A stretch of DNA of 64,000 bases from an uncultured Acidobacteriota bacterium (lineage in GTDB: Bacteria > Acidobacteriota > Vicinamibacteria > Fen-336). The DNA is taken from NCBI GenBank assembly GCA_963744315.1, contig CAVUTB010000018.1:74147-138146 (forward strand), in the 5' to 3' direction. The notes under the pieces are model-generated. The model saw only the letters and a program-made list of their open reading frames with translations. It had not been told where the DNA came from and searched no databases. Shown here piece after piece: positions 35,537-47,101 of this stretch (within the stretch, counting starts at the first letter, position 1; the number at the start of each line of letters is the position of its first letter). Position numbers and translations under genes: made by a program.

Positions 35537-35554
35537 GCTCGGGCCGCCGCGCGC

Positions 35555-36070
35555 CTACGGCTTCTTGGCGTCCTCGGGCGGATCCGAGACCGGGACGTCC
35601 AGCACGACCTTCCAGCTTCCCTCGCTCTGCTTCTGCCAGACGACCACGTAGTGGCCCTTCTCCGTCGCGGCCTTCTTCTTGGCGTCGCTGAGCGTCATCG
35701 AGTAGGTGCCGGTCTCGTAGGCGATGTCGCCCGAGCGCGCGACCACGACCTTGTCGGCCGCGAACGAGAGCGCGAAGTTCGCATCCTTCATCATGCCGCC
35801 GATCGCCTCCCGGATCGCCGCCTTGCCGCTGGGATCGGGCAGGTTCGGCAGCATCACGGTGGCGTCCTCGGCGTAGAAGGAGGTGAACTTCTCCGGGTCC
35901 TTCGCCGCGGCGGCGGCGGCCCAGTCCTTGACGGCCGCGTGGATCGCCGCCTCGTCCTGCGGGCGCGTGTCGGGTGGCGGCGTGGGCAAGGGCGGCGCCG
36001 GCTTCTCCTGCATGCAGGCGACGAGCGTCAGGAGCAGGACGACCAGTCCGGATCGGCCGTGACGGAGCAT
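35555..36070 (-). CDS. Lipoprotein with a SnoaL/NTF2-like (DUF4440-like) fold
   Basis: Signal + lipobox MLRHGRSGLVVLLLTLVAC, with NTF2-like residues downstream. Confidence 0.5.
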   Translation of the reverse strand: MLRHGRSGLVVLLLTLVACMQEKPAPPLPTPPPDTRPQDEAAIHAAVKDWAAAAAAKDPEKFTSFYAEDATVMLPNLPDPSGKAAIREAIGGMMKDANFALSFAADKVVVARSGDIAYETGTYSMTLSDAKKKAATEKGHYVVVWQKQSEGSWKVVLDVPVSDPPEDAKKP

Positions 36071-36139
36071 GGATTCCTCCTCGGGTGGAACGCGCAAACT
36101 TGCTCCCGAAGGGCGTGCCTGTCAACCGGGAGAAGAACG

Positions 36140-36566
36140 TCAGCGCGAGCGCTTTCGGGAGCGCTTTGGCTTCCGCTCTGCGCGCGGCCCCGTCCAGCTC
36201 GGCGAAGACCTCGGCCGCGAGGTGGAAGGCCGAGTTCGCGGCGGGCAGCCCGCAGTAGACGGCCATCTGCAGCAGGACTTCCTTGATCTCCTCGCGGCTG
36301 ACGCCGTTTCGCAGCGCGGCCCGAAGGTGCAGCCCCAGCTCCTCGCTGCGGCCGAGCGCCACCATCGCCGCGAGCGTGATCAGGCTGCGCGTGCGTCTCG
36401 GCAGCCCGGGGCGCGTCCAGATCTCGCCCCAGGCGTAGCGGGTGAGCAGGTCCTGGAACTCGCGGTTGAAGGAGCTGCGCCCGCGCAGGGTCTGCTCGAC
36501 GTAGGCTTCACCCAGGACAGCGCGGCGCACCGCGAGCCCTCGTCGCGACCGCAGGCGCTCGTCCAC
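36140..36566 (-). CDS. pcaC: 4-carboxymuconolactone decarboxylase PcaC (3' end uncertain, probably a frame change)
   Basis: GTG 36566 is 1 bp after the pcaD stop. VRRAVLGEAYV...FQDLLTRYAWGEIWTRPGL...KEVLLQMAVYCGLPAANSAF is a near-canonical PcaC. The ORF has no stop until it overlaps the lipoprotein gene. Confidence 0.7.
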
Positions 36567-36567
36567 G

Positions 36568-37365
36568 TCAGTGGGCTCGCTCGCCGGTCAGGAACCCGAC
36601 GAGCTCCAGGTTGAAGGCGGCCGTGGCCTCGAGGTTGGACAGGTGCGCGGCCGGGAGCTCGACGTAGCGGGCCCCCGCGATGGCGCTCGCGAGCGCCTGG
36701 CCGTCCGCGGGCGGTGTCGCCGGATCGTGGCGGCCCGCGATCACCAGGGTGGGGGACCGGATCGCCCCGAGATCCGCGCGCTCGTCCGCATCGCGCAGCG
36801 CCGCGCAGGCTGCCGCGTAGCCGTGCGCCGGGGTTCTCTCGATGAGCCTTCGCACTCCCGCGACCACCTCGGGCGCCGCCCGGCGAAACTCGGGCGTGAA
36901 CCAGCGCTCGAGGATGGAAGCCGAGACGCTCCTCATGCCGCCCTCGCTCACGCTCTTGATGCGCGCGTTCCAGCTCTCGGCGGTGCCGATGCGCGCGCCC
37001 GTGTTGCTCAGCACGAGCTTGTCGATCCGCGAGGCGGCGTGGGCGCCCAGCCAGATCCCGATCAGGCCGCCCATCGACAGGCCGCAGAAATGGGCGCGCG
37101 CCACGCCGAGGACGTCGAGCAGGCCCAGCACGTCGTTGGCGAGCATCGCGAGCGTCCACGGCTCGGCGGCGAGCGAGGTGCCACCGTGGCCGCGCGTGTC
37201 GTAGCGCAGCACGCGAAAGCTCCGGGCGAGCACCTTCTCCTGCGGATCCCACATCGTGTGGTCCGCGCCGAGCGAGTGGGACAGCACGACGACCGGCGCC
37301 AGCGCCGGACCCGAGAGCTCGTAGAGCACCTTCAGGCCGGAGACCTCGGCCACCGACCTCGTCAC
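36568..37365 (-). CDS. pcaD: 3-oxoadipate enol-lactonase PcaD (alpha/beta hydrolase)
   Basis: GTG overlaps the pcaB TGA (GTGA). VLSHSLGADHTMWDPQ and GLSMGG nucleophile elbow. 266 aa. Confidence 0.8.
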   Translation of the reverse strand: MTRSVAEVSGLKVLYELSGPALAPVVVLSHSLGADHTMWDPQEKVLARSFRVLRYDTRGHGGTSLAAEPWTLAMLANDVLGLLDVLGVARAHFCGLSMGGLIGIWLGAHAASRIDKLVLSNTGARIGTAESWNARIKSVSEGGMRSVSASILERWFTPEFRRAAPEVVAGVRRLIERTPAHGYAAACAALRDADERADLGAIRSPTLVIAGRHDPATPPADGQALASAIAGARYVELPAAHLSNLEATAAFNLELVGFLTGERAH

Positions 37366-38733
37366 GAAGGGGTCTCCTCGGGCGCCCTCGCGCGCACCGC
37401 CGCGTGGCGCGCCAGCACGCGCTCGACCAGCGCGTCGGCGGCGCCGATGTAGCGGCGCGGATCGAACAGGCGCTCGAGCTCCTCGGGGGTGACGTGCCGC
37501 CCGACCGTCGGGGTCGTCGGCGAGCACCTCGCGCAGATGCCGCCCGTCGGCCTGCGCCCGGCGGCACGCCGCCTCCAGCAGCCTTTGCGCTGCGGCGCGC
37601 CCGGCCTTCTCCGCGACCGCCATCTGGACGGCCTCCGCGAACACGAGCCCGTGCGTCGCCTCGAGGTTCGCGGCCATGCGCGCCGGGTCGACGCGCAGCC
37701 CCGCCATCGTCTCGGTCAGGTGATGGAGCGCGCCGGCGGTGAGCCCGACGAGCTCGGGCAGCGTCTCCCACTCGGCGTGCCAGCCGCCGAGCCCGCGCTC
37801 GTCCTCCTGGATCATGGCGCCCAGCATCGTCGCGACGAGGCCGGGAGCGCGCGCGGCGGCCGCGAGGACGACCGCGGCGGAGACCGGGTTCTGCTTGTGC
37901 GGCATCGTCGAGGATCCGCCGCGTCCCTCCGCGACGGGCTCGGAGAGCTCCGCCACCTCCGTCTGGCTGTGCAGCGCGACGTCGCGCGCGATCTTGCCGA
38001 GCGAGCCGGCGAGCAGGCCGAAGGTCGTCGCCACCTCCGCGATGCGGTCGCGGTGGGAGTGCCAGGCGATGTCGGGGAGCGGGAGCCTGAGGTCGTCGGC
38101 GAGCGCCGTGGCCACCTCGCCGCTCCTGGGGCCGAGCGCGGCGAGCGTCCCCACGGCGCCGCCGAGCTGGAGCACGAGGGCGCGGCGCCGCAGCTCGTCG
38201 AACCGCTCGCGGTGGCGCAGGATCGCGTCCAGCCAGCCCGCGGCCTTCAGGCCGAAGGTCGTGGGCACGGCGTGCTGCATCCAGGTGCGGCCGGCGATCG
38301 GCGTCGCCCGGTGCTCGCTCGCGAGGGCCGCGAGCGCGTCCGCCAGCCGGTCGAGCTCGCCCTCGATCACGTCGAGAGCCGCGCGCAGCTGCAGCACCAG
38401 GCCGGTGTCGATCGCGTCCTGGCTGGTCGCGCCCCAGTGGACGAAGCGGGCCGCCTCCGCGTCCTGCTCGCGCACGTGCGCCGTGAGCTGCCGGATCAGC
38501 GGGATCACGAGATTGCCGGCGTTGGCCGCTTCGCGGGCGAGCGCCGGCACGTCGAATCGGTGAACGGCGCAGGCGGACTCGATCATCGAAGCGGCGGAAG
38601 CGGGGATGACGCCCGCCTGCGCTTCGGCGCGCGCGAGCGCGGCTTCGAAGTCGAGCATCGCCTGCAGGCTCGCCCGATCCGAAAAGCTTTCCTGGACGTC
38701 GTCCCAGCGGAACAGCGGCCCGAGCAGGCTCAA
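37362..38733 (-). CDS. pcaB: 3-carboxy-cis,cis-muconate cycloisomerase PcaB (fumarate-lyase superfamily), with a frame change at 37470-37480 from an extra C in a CCCC run
   Basis: LFRWDDV...LQAMLDFEAALARAEAQAGVIP and GSSTMPHKQNP (lyase signature). The corrected C-terminus reads ...LADDPTVGRHVTPEELERLFDPRRYIGAADALVERVLARHAAV. Confidence 0.8.
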
Positions 38734-38740
38734 GGGCACC

Positions 38741-39304
38741 TCAGCAGTCGAAGAATACAGTCTCTCCGGCTCCTTGCAGTACGAGGTTCCACTCGAGCGA
38801 TCCGTCGGGCCGCTTCGCGGCCACCAGGCTCGACCGGCGCGCGGCCGGGGCGAGGCCGAGAACGTGGTCGGTCGCATTGGCGGGCTCGTCCGGGAAGTAC
38901 AGGCGCGTGACGAGCCGCTTCATCAAGCCTCGCGCGAAGACCGAGACGGCGATGTGCGGGGCCTGCATCCCGCCGCGTGGGCCGGGCACCGGTCCCGGCT
39001 TGACGGTCGTGAACTGGAAGCGGCCGGTCGCGTCGGTGCCGACGCGACCGTAGCCCCGGAACGCTGGGTCGACGGGCTTCGTCTGGGTGTCCTCGGGGTG
39101 GGCGTAGCGGCCGTCGGGGTTCGCCTGCCAGAGCTCGAGCACGGCGTCGGGCACGCCCTGGCCGTCGCCGTCCAGGATCCGCCCGCTCACGCCGACGCGC
39201 TCGCCGCGCACGCCGCCGGGCGCGAGATCGTCGCGCAGCAGCCAGTCGAGCCCGATCGAGTAGAACGGCCCGACGGTCTGGGAGGTCGTGGCGACGAGCC
39301 CGCG
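38741..39304 (-). CDS. pcaG: Protocatechuate 3,4-dioxygenase alpha subunit PcaG
   Basis: TTSQTVGPFYSIGL...LELWQANPDGRYAHPED...PHIAVSVFARG. In frame with pcaH with no intervening stop. Confidence 0.75.
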   Translation of the reverse strand, partial: RGLVATTSQTVGPFYSIGLDWLLRDDLAPGGVRGERVGVSGRILDGDGQGVPDAVLELWQANPDGRYAHPEDTQTKPVDPAFRGYGRVGTDATGRFQFTTVKPGPVPGPRGGMQAPHIAVSVFARGLMKRLVTRLYFPDEPANATDHVLGLAPAARRSSLVAAKRPDGSLEWNLVLQGAGETVFFDC

Positions 39305-39990
39305 TCCGGCCTCCATCGGCGTCGCGTCACGGCCGCTCAGGATCATGTCGAAGCGGTAGCCGAGCGCGTGTCCGGGCAGCGTCGTGTCCCAGTCGAACTC
39401 GGAGACCAGCCGGCCGCGGGCCGTCTCGTCGGCCGTGCAGTTGAAGATCGGGTCGGCGGCGAGCAGCGGATCGCCGGGGAAGTACATCTGGGTGACGAGG
39501 CGCGTGGCGAAGGCGGGGCCGAACACCGAGAAGTGGATGTGCGCCGGCCGCCACGCGTTGTCGTGGTTGCCCCACGGATAGGCGCCGGGGCGGATCGTGA
39601 CGACGCGGTAGCGGCCCTCGTCGTCGGTCAGGATGCGGCCGGCGCCGCTGAAGTTCGGGTCGAGCGGAGCATCGTGCTGGTCGACGGCGTGGAGGTAGCG
39701 GCCCGCCGCGTTCGCCTGCCAGACCTCGACGAGCGTGCGCGGCAGCACCTTGCCGTCCTCGTCGAGCACGCGTCCGGCCACGACGATGCGCTCGCCCAGC
39801 GGGGGCTGGGCGTGCTGGCGCGTGAGGTCGCAGGCGCGGATCTCCCGGACCTCGCTCTCGAACGACGGGCCCGTCACCTCGGTGAGCCCGTGCGGGAGCG
39901 GCACGAGCGGCTGCGCCGGCGCGCGCTTGACGGACGACTTGTAGGGCGGGTGCAGGTACTCGGGCTGCGTGCCTGGACGCGGGCGCCGGT
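39305..39990 (-). CDS. pcaH: Protocatechuate 3,4-dioxygenase beta subunit PcaH (start codon not identifiable)
   Basis: PPYKSSVKRAPAQPLV...GERIVVAGRVLDEDGK...EVWQANAAGRYLH...AWRPAHIHFSVFG...MYFPGDPL match the intradiol dioxygenase beta chain. No ATG/GTG/TTG between the receptor stop and the conserved core. Confidence 0.75.
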
Positions 39991-40004
39991 AGCCCGAGAC
40001 GTCG

Positions 40005-42960
40005 CTCAGAATCTCACCCGAAGCCCGATCTGCATCTGGAACGGATTGAAGAGAGCCCGCGGCGTCAGGAAGCCGAGCAGCGGGTTGGGCGTCGCGTTCG
40101 GGTCGTCGCTGCCGAAGTTGGTGTTCAGGTCCTTGACGTTCTCGCGGTTGAAGAGGTTGAAGGCGTCGACGCTCAGCTCCGCGCGGACGCGCTCGCCGAG
40201 CGGGAACTCGCGCGCCACGCGCACGTCCACGGTCGCGTAGGACGGCCCGACGATGCGTGTTGCGGCCCAGCAGCCCGGTGCGGTCGGAGTTCGGGTTGCC
40301 GTCGCCGTTGGCGTCGCTGCCCGCGTACTGCGTGAAGCGCCGCCCGCCCTCCGCGGAGACCAGGAAGCTGAACTTGAAGTCCTTCAGCACCGGCACGTCG
40401 CCCGGCAGCTGGCTCAGGAACGACAGCGTGAAGCGGTGCGGCACGTGCTGGCGCGAGTAGGCGTCCTCGGCGGCGCCGTCGGGGCTCTGCCAGAGGTCGG
40501 CCAGGTTCGCGACCGAGTCGCTGCGCGAGCGCGTGCGCGAGTAGGTGTAGCTCGCGTGGAAGCCGATCCGCCCGCTGAAGCGCTTCTCGAGCTCGAGCGT
40601 CCCGCCGTGGTAGGTCGAGAAGCCCTGGTTGGTCGTGACGAAGAAGTCGCCGAGCGCGGGGTCGCGGCGGCCGCCGGCGAAGCTCGGCTTGCCCGAGGCG
40701 GTCGTCCCGGTCTGGACGGCGTTGAGGTTGGCGCCGTGGATCGGCACCTCGCGCGCCCCGACGTAGAGGTAGCTCGCCGAGACGGCGAGCCCGCTGCCGA
40801 GCTCCTGCGAGAGCTGGACGCTCGCCTGGTGCGCGTACGGGTTCTTCATGTTGCCGTCCATATTGTCCGCGAGACCGGCGCCGGTCGCGGCCGGGACGAC
40901 TCCCAGGGTCAGGAAGGCGAGCGCCGCCGGCGGGGCCGCGGGCCCCGCGACGGTGTTCTGGAAGAAGAGCCCGTGGACCGGCGCTACGCCGGGGAAGAGC
41001 GAGTCGGCGCTCGCGAGGTCGCCGCGCGCGGACCACTGGCTGGCCGTGAGCAGCTGGCCGACGCTGCTCGCGAGACGGTCGGTGAAGAGCCCGTAGCCGG
41101 CGCGGATCACGCCGCGCGGGCTGTAGGCGTACGCCGCGCCCACGCGCGCCTGGATGTTGTTCGTGTCCTTCGAGAGGATGAAGGGCTCCGGGTAGCTCTC
41201 GACGTCGTAGCGCAGCCCGTAGGTGAGGGTCAGCTTCGGCGTGGCTTTCCACTGGTCCTGCGCGAAGACGCCGAAGAGCGAGTGGCTCTCGTCGAAGCGC
41301 GCGTCGTCCTGCCACTGGGACGGGACGGCCTGCGACCACGAAGTGTCGTACAGCGGGCGGACGGGATCGTCCTTGAGCGTCGGCCACCAGAAGACGACCG
41401 GAGTGAAGCTGGCGTACGCGGTCAGGTTCGGAAAGATGATGCGCGCCGGGAAGAACAGGTTCCAGACCGCCTCGTCCTGGATCCGGTTGTAGTCGAGCCC
41501 GAGCTTGAACTGGTGGTTGCCGCGCGTCCAGAGCAGGCTGTCCGTGAGCTGCAGGCGCCGCTCGCGGTAGTGGTCCATGTCGGACGTGGTCTTGCCCATG
41601 ATGATGAGGTTCGAGATCTCGAGCGCCGGCTCGTTGACGGTCGCGTCGAAGTCGTAGCTGCGCTCCGCCCACTGGACGCGCGCCTCGTTGACGAGGCGCG
41701 GTGAGATCACCGACACCAGGTTCGCGACGACGGCCTGGTCGCGCACCTGGTTGTCGCGTGCCGCGCTCGACGCCGGCGAGGCGCGGCCGCCGCCGCCCGG
41801 GAAGTTGAGCGCATCCGAGTTCAGGTAGTTGTAGCGCACCGAGAGCCGGTTGTCGGTCGTCAGCTGGTGGTCGAGCTTGACCAGGAACTGGTCGTAGTCG
41901 TTGGTCTTCACCTGGTCGAGCGTCTCGGGCCGCAGGCCGAAGCGGCTGCGCACGCTGTTGAGCGTCGCGATGTTGTCGATGATCACCTGCGAGAAGCCGT
42001 TCGACTCCTCGCGCCGCTGCCCCTCGTAGTTCAGGAAGTAGAAGTGCGGTCCTTGACGAACGCCCCGCCGAGCGTCGCGCCGTACTGGTGCTGGCGGAGC
42101 ACGTCGGACTCCGGCTGGACCAGCGGCGAGCGCGCGGCGAGCGCGTCGTTCATCCCGAAGTAGTAGCCGGAGCCGTGCGTGTCGTTCTGTCCCGACTTCG
42201 TGACGATGTTGACGAAGCCGCCGAGCGCGCGGCCGTACTCCGCGAGGTAGGTGCTGTTCAGGATCCGGAACTCCTTCGCCGCCTCCTGCGAAGGCGTCGC
42301 CCGCGGCAGGCCGGTGAAGGTCTGGACGTTGTCGGCGCCGTCCACCTGGATGAGCGTGTTGAGCTCGGACTGCCCGCCGAACGAGAGGCGCGGCGCGGCC
42401 GCGACGCCGACGCCGGTGTCGGGCTCCTTGAAGGCTCCGCCGCCGATGTTCTCGCGGCCGATCGCGACGCCGCTCGACAGCTTCACGAAGTCCACGAAAT
42501 TGCGGCCGATGTTGGGCAGCCCCTCGATCTCGCTCGTGCCGACCACGCGCGACAGCTCGGCCTTGGAGCTCTCGACGAGCGAATCCTGGTTGACGACCGT
42601 GACTTCCTCGCTCATCTGGCCCACGCTCATGGTGACGTCGGCGACGCCGAAGCCGCCGACGCTCAGCACGACGCCGCTCCGCACCACGGTCTTGAACCCC
42701 GAGGCTTCGACGCGCAGCTCGTAGCCGCCGGGCTCGAGGTTGGCGAGGCTGTAGCGGCCGGCGGCGTCCGTCGTGTCACGGCGGGTGACGCCGGTCGCGG
42801 GATTGCGCGCGCTGACCGTGGCGCCCGTCAACACGGCGCCCGACTCGTCGCGCACGACTCCCGTGAGCGTGCTGGTGGCCGTCTGGGCCGAGGCGACTCC
42901 CGCCGCCAGCGTCCAGCAGAGGGTGAGGGCCGTCGCCGCGTGAGTCGATCGGAGCGCCAT
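40005..42960 (-). CDS. Oar-like TonB-dependent receptor, first gene of the pca operon, with one frame change near 41990-42030
   Basis: Signal peptide MALRSTHAATALTLCWTLAAGVASA. CarboxypepD_reg-like N-terminal domain (GVVRDESGAVLTGATVSARN). Barrel ending ...FQMQIGLRVRF. Confidence 0.8.
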
Positions 42961-43046
42961 TGCAGCCTCCTAGCACTTGCCCAGGGCGGGAACTCTCGCC
43001 GAAGTTACCGCCACGCCGTCGAGGCTGTCAACCCGAATATCGTTTG

Positions 43047-43068
43047 ACTGGTGCGATAATCGACCAGT
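43047..43068. promoter_or_regulatory. Candidate operator in the divergent pcaR / pca-operon intergenic region
   Basis: ACTGGT-gCGATAATCGa-CCAGT. The 9-bp palindrome CGATAATCG is flanked by 6-bp inverted arms. Confidence 0.35.
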
Positions 43069-43114
43069 ACTGCGGAAGAAGGCGCCGGCCCGGCGGGCGA
43101 GCGACCCGGACTAC

Positions 43115-43865
43115 ATGCTGTCGCTGGCGCGCGGGCTCCAGGTGATCCGCGCCTTCGGCCGCGAGCGGCCGGTGCTCGGGGTCGCCGAGGTGGCGCGGCT
43201 CAGCGCGATGTCGCGCGCCGCCGCCCGCCGCTGCCTGCACACGCTGGGCGTGCTCGGCTACGTCGCGGGAGAAGGCGGGCGCTACGCGCTCGCCCCTCGC
43301 GTGCTGGCGCTCGGCCACGCGTACCTGGGCTCGGCGCCGGTCGCGCAGGCCGCCCAGCCCGTCCTCGAGCGCGTGGCGGAGCGCCTGCACGAGTCGTGCT
43401 CGCTCGCGGTGCTCGACGCCGACGAGATCGTCTACGTGGCGCGCGCGGCCACGCGCCGCATCATGGCGGTGGGCCTCGCCGTGGGCAGCCGCCTGCCGGC
43501 CTACTGCACCTCGATGGGCCGCGTGCTGCTGGCGTTCGCGAGCGACGCCGAGCGCTCGGCCTATCTGCGCCGCGTCAAGCCCGTGCGGCACACGCCCCAC
43601 ACCACGGTCGGCCGGCGCGCGCTCGCCGCCGAGCTCTCGCGCGTGCGCTCGGCCGGCTACGCCATCGTCGACCAGGAGCTGGAGCTGGGCTTGCGCTCGA
43701 TGGCGGTCGCCCGTGCGGCGGCCGGACCAGGCCGTGGTCGCGGCGATGAACGTGGGCGTGCACGCCGCGCGCGTCGAGAGCGAGACGATGCGGCGCGAGT
43801 ATCTGCCGGTGCTGCTGGAGGCGGCCGAGGAGGTGGGGCTCGCCCTCGCGCACCGGCTGTCCTAG
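43115..43865 (+). CDS. pcaR: IclR-family regulator PcaR/PcaU-like, with a frame change at ~43715 from an extra base in a CCC run
   Basis: DYMLSLARGLQVIRAF ... LGYV... is an IclR HTH followed by an effector domain. The corrected C-terminus reads ...MAVPVRRPDQAVVAAMNVGVHAARVE...LALAHRLS, TAG at 43863-43865. Start at ATG 43115 is tentative. Confidence 0.7.
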
Positions 43866-43907
43866 GTGCGCCGAGCCCCCGAGTACTTGGCTTTATCATC
43901 TCCCTCG

Positions 43908-45008
43908 ATGCCGGCACCCTATCGCGCCGACCAGGTGGGCAGCTTCCTGCGGCCGGGCGAGCTGCTCGCGGCGCGCAGCTCGATGGCCGCCGAGCCGGAG
44001 AAGCTGCGGGCGCTCGAGGATCGCCACGTGCTGCGCGTGATCGAGAAGCAGAAGGAGCTCGGCTTCGAGGTCTTCACCGACGGCGAGCTGCGGCGCCGGA
44101 ACTTCATGAGCGACTTCACGGACGCGGTGGAGGGGTTCGACCTCGGCGACGCGGTCGCCCGCTCGTGGCAGGCCGACGTCGCCAAGGCCGCAGCCACCAG
44201 CAAGGTGGCCGGCATCGTGACGGGCAAGCTGCGCGCCGTGCGGCGGCTGACCGGCCACGAGCTGCCGTTCCTGAAGGCCCACAGCCCCGGCCCGATCAAG
44301 GTCACGCTGCCGAGCGCCACGCAGTTTCCTGCGATCTCCTGGAAGCGCGGGATCACGGATGCCGTCTATCCGGACCAGCTGGCGCTGCTCGCCGACATCG
44401 TCGCGATCCTGAAGGCCGAGCTCGCCGCGATAGCCGCGGAAGGTGCCAGCTACATCCAGATCGACGCGCCGCGCTACAGCTACTTCATCGACCCCAAGTG
44501 GCGCGAGTGGATCGAGACGGAGATGCGCATCGCGCCGGACACGCTGCTCGACGCTTCGATAGAGGCCGACAACGCCTGCCTCGAGGCCGCGCGGCGCCCG
44601 GGCGTCACGCTGGCGATGCACCTGTGCCGCGGCAACAACCGCAGCCACTGGTACGCCGAGGGCGGCTACGACGGGATCGCCGAGCGGCTCTTCTCCCGGA
44701 TGGCGGTGGACCGCTTCCTGCTCGAGTACGACGACGCGCGCTCGGGCAGCTTCGAGCCGCTGCGCTTCGTGCCGAAGGGCAAGGCCGTCGTGCTCGGCCT
44801 CGTGAGCAGCAAGCTGCCGCAGCTCGAGGATCCCGACCAGCTCGCGCGCCGCATCGACGAGGCCGCCCGTCACGTGCCGCTCGAGAACCTCGCCTTGAGC
44901 CCGCAGTGCGGCTTCGCCTCCACCATGGAAGGCAACCTGCTCACCGAGGACGAGCAGTGGGCGAAGCTGCGGCTCGTGGTCGAGACGGCGCGGCGCGTCT
45001 GGAGCTGA
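43908..45008 (+). CDS. Cobalamin-independent methionine synthase (MetE C-terminal / UroD-fold) family protein
   Basis: ADQVGSFLRP...IQIDAP...HLCRGN... resemble the MetE catalytic-domain zinc-site context. 366 aa, between pcaR and pobA. Confidence 0.7.
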   Translation: MPAPYRADQVGSFLRPGELLAARSSMAAEPEKLRALEDRHVLRVIEKQKELGFEVFTDGELRRRNFMSDFTDAVEGFDLGDAVARSWQADVAKAAATSKVAGIVTGKLRAVRRLTGHELPFLKAHSPGPIKVTLPSATQFPAISWKRGITDAVYPDQLALLADIVAILKAELAAIAAEGASYIQIDAPRYSYFIDPKWREWIETEMRIAPDTLLDASIEADNACLEAARRPGVTLAMHLCRGNNRSHWYAEGGYDGIAERLFSRMAVDRFLLEYDDARSGSFEPLRFVPKGKAVVLGLVSSKLPQLEDPDQLARRIDEAARHVPLENLALSPQCGFASTMEGNLLTEDEQWAKLRLVVETARRVWS

Positions 45009-45024
45009 GCCGGGGGCGGATCAG

Positions 45025-46206
<1,182 letters not shown>

Positions 46207-46224
46207 GCCGAGCTCGTGCCGGCG

Positions 46225-47086
46225 CTAGCCCGGCGCCAGGCCGAGCAGGCGTGCCGCGTTCTCCTTCAGGATCAGCGGCCGCACCTCGTCCTTGACGGCG
46301 AGCGTCTCGAAGTCCGCGAGCCAGCGGTCGGGCGTGAGGAGCGGATAGTCCGATCCGAACAGCACCTTGCGCTTGAGCAGCGTGTTCGCGTACTGCACGA
46401 GCGTCGGCGAGAAGTACTTCGGCGACCAGCCCGAGAGGTCGATGTGGACCTGCGGCTTGTGCAGGCAGATCGAGATCGCCTCGTCCTGCCAGGGGAAGGA
46501 CGGGTGCGCCAGGATGATCGGCAGGTCGGGAAAGTCGACCGCGACGTCGTCGATCGGCATCGGGTCGCCGTACTTGAGGCGCACGCCGCCCCCGCCGCGC
46601 ATGCCGGAGCCGATCCCGCTGTGCCCGGTGTGGAAGATCACCGGCAGCCGCGCCTCGGCGAACACCTCGTAGAGCGGATACGCGAGGCGATCGTTCGGGA
46701 CGAACTGCTGGAGCGGCGGGTGCAGCTTGAGCCCGCGCACGCCGCCCCTCGCGAGGAGCCGGCGGGCCTCGTCGACCGCCGCCGTGCCGCGCGTCGGATC
46801 CAGGCTCACGAAGGCGAGCGCCACGTCCGGCGTTCTCGGCCGCGAAGTCGAGCACGGCGTCGTTCGTCACCTGCGGGCGCCCGCTCAGCCGCTCGTCCAC
46901 GGTGAACACGACGCAGGCCATCCGCCGCGAGCGGTAGTACTCGGCGACCTTGTCCCAGTCGGGGTCGGCGTCGCTTCCGAAGTACTTGCGCGGCCGCCTC
47001 GTCGGTCGCGCCGCGGTCGCCGGGGGCGTGCAGGTGCACGTGGACGTCGATCGCCGCCAGGCGGGAGACGTCGAGTGCCTGGCCCA
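46225..47086 (-). CDS. Amidohydrolase-2 family protein (LigW/ACMSD-like metal-dependent hydrolase/decarboxylase), with frame changes
   Basis: N-terminus MGQALDVSRLAAIDVHVHLH. C-terminal KLHPPLQQF...IFHTGHS...ILAHPSFPW...LFGSDYP. Confidence 0.6.
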
Positions 47087-47101
47087 TCGGCCGCGGCTCG
47101 C

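Noticed and set aside
36568-38877. A 769-aa ORF that looks like a PcaB-PcaD fusion
   Set aside because: The linker (RAARHPRGARAPVRSAPLHRRRRRAG...) is out-of-frame sequence caused by one extra C. With the correction pcaB ends in TGA, overlapped by the pcaD GTG start.
38741-41986. A 1081-aa ORF combining the receptor C-terminus, pcaH and pcaG
   Set aside because: The receptor terminates in another frame at 40005 (...QIGLRVRF). The shared frame is coincidental read-through of GC-rich sequence. Only the pcaH-pcaG continuity is kept as a question.
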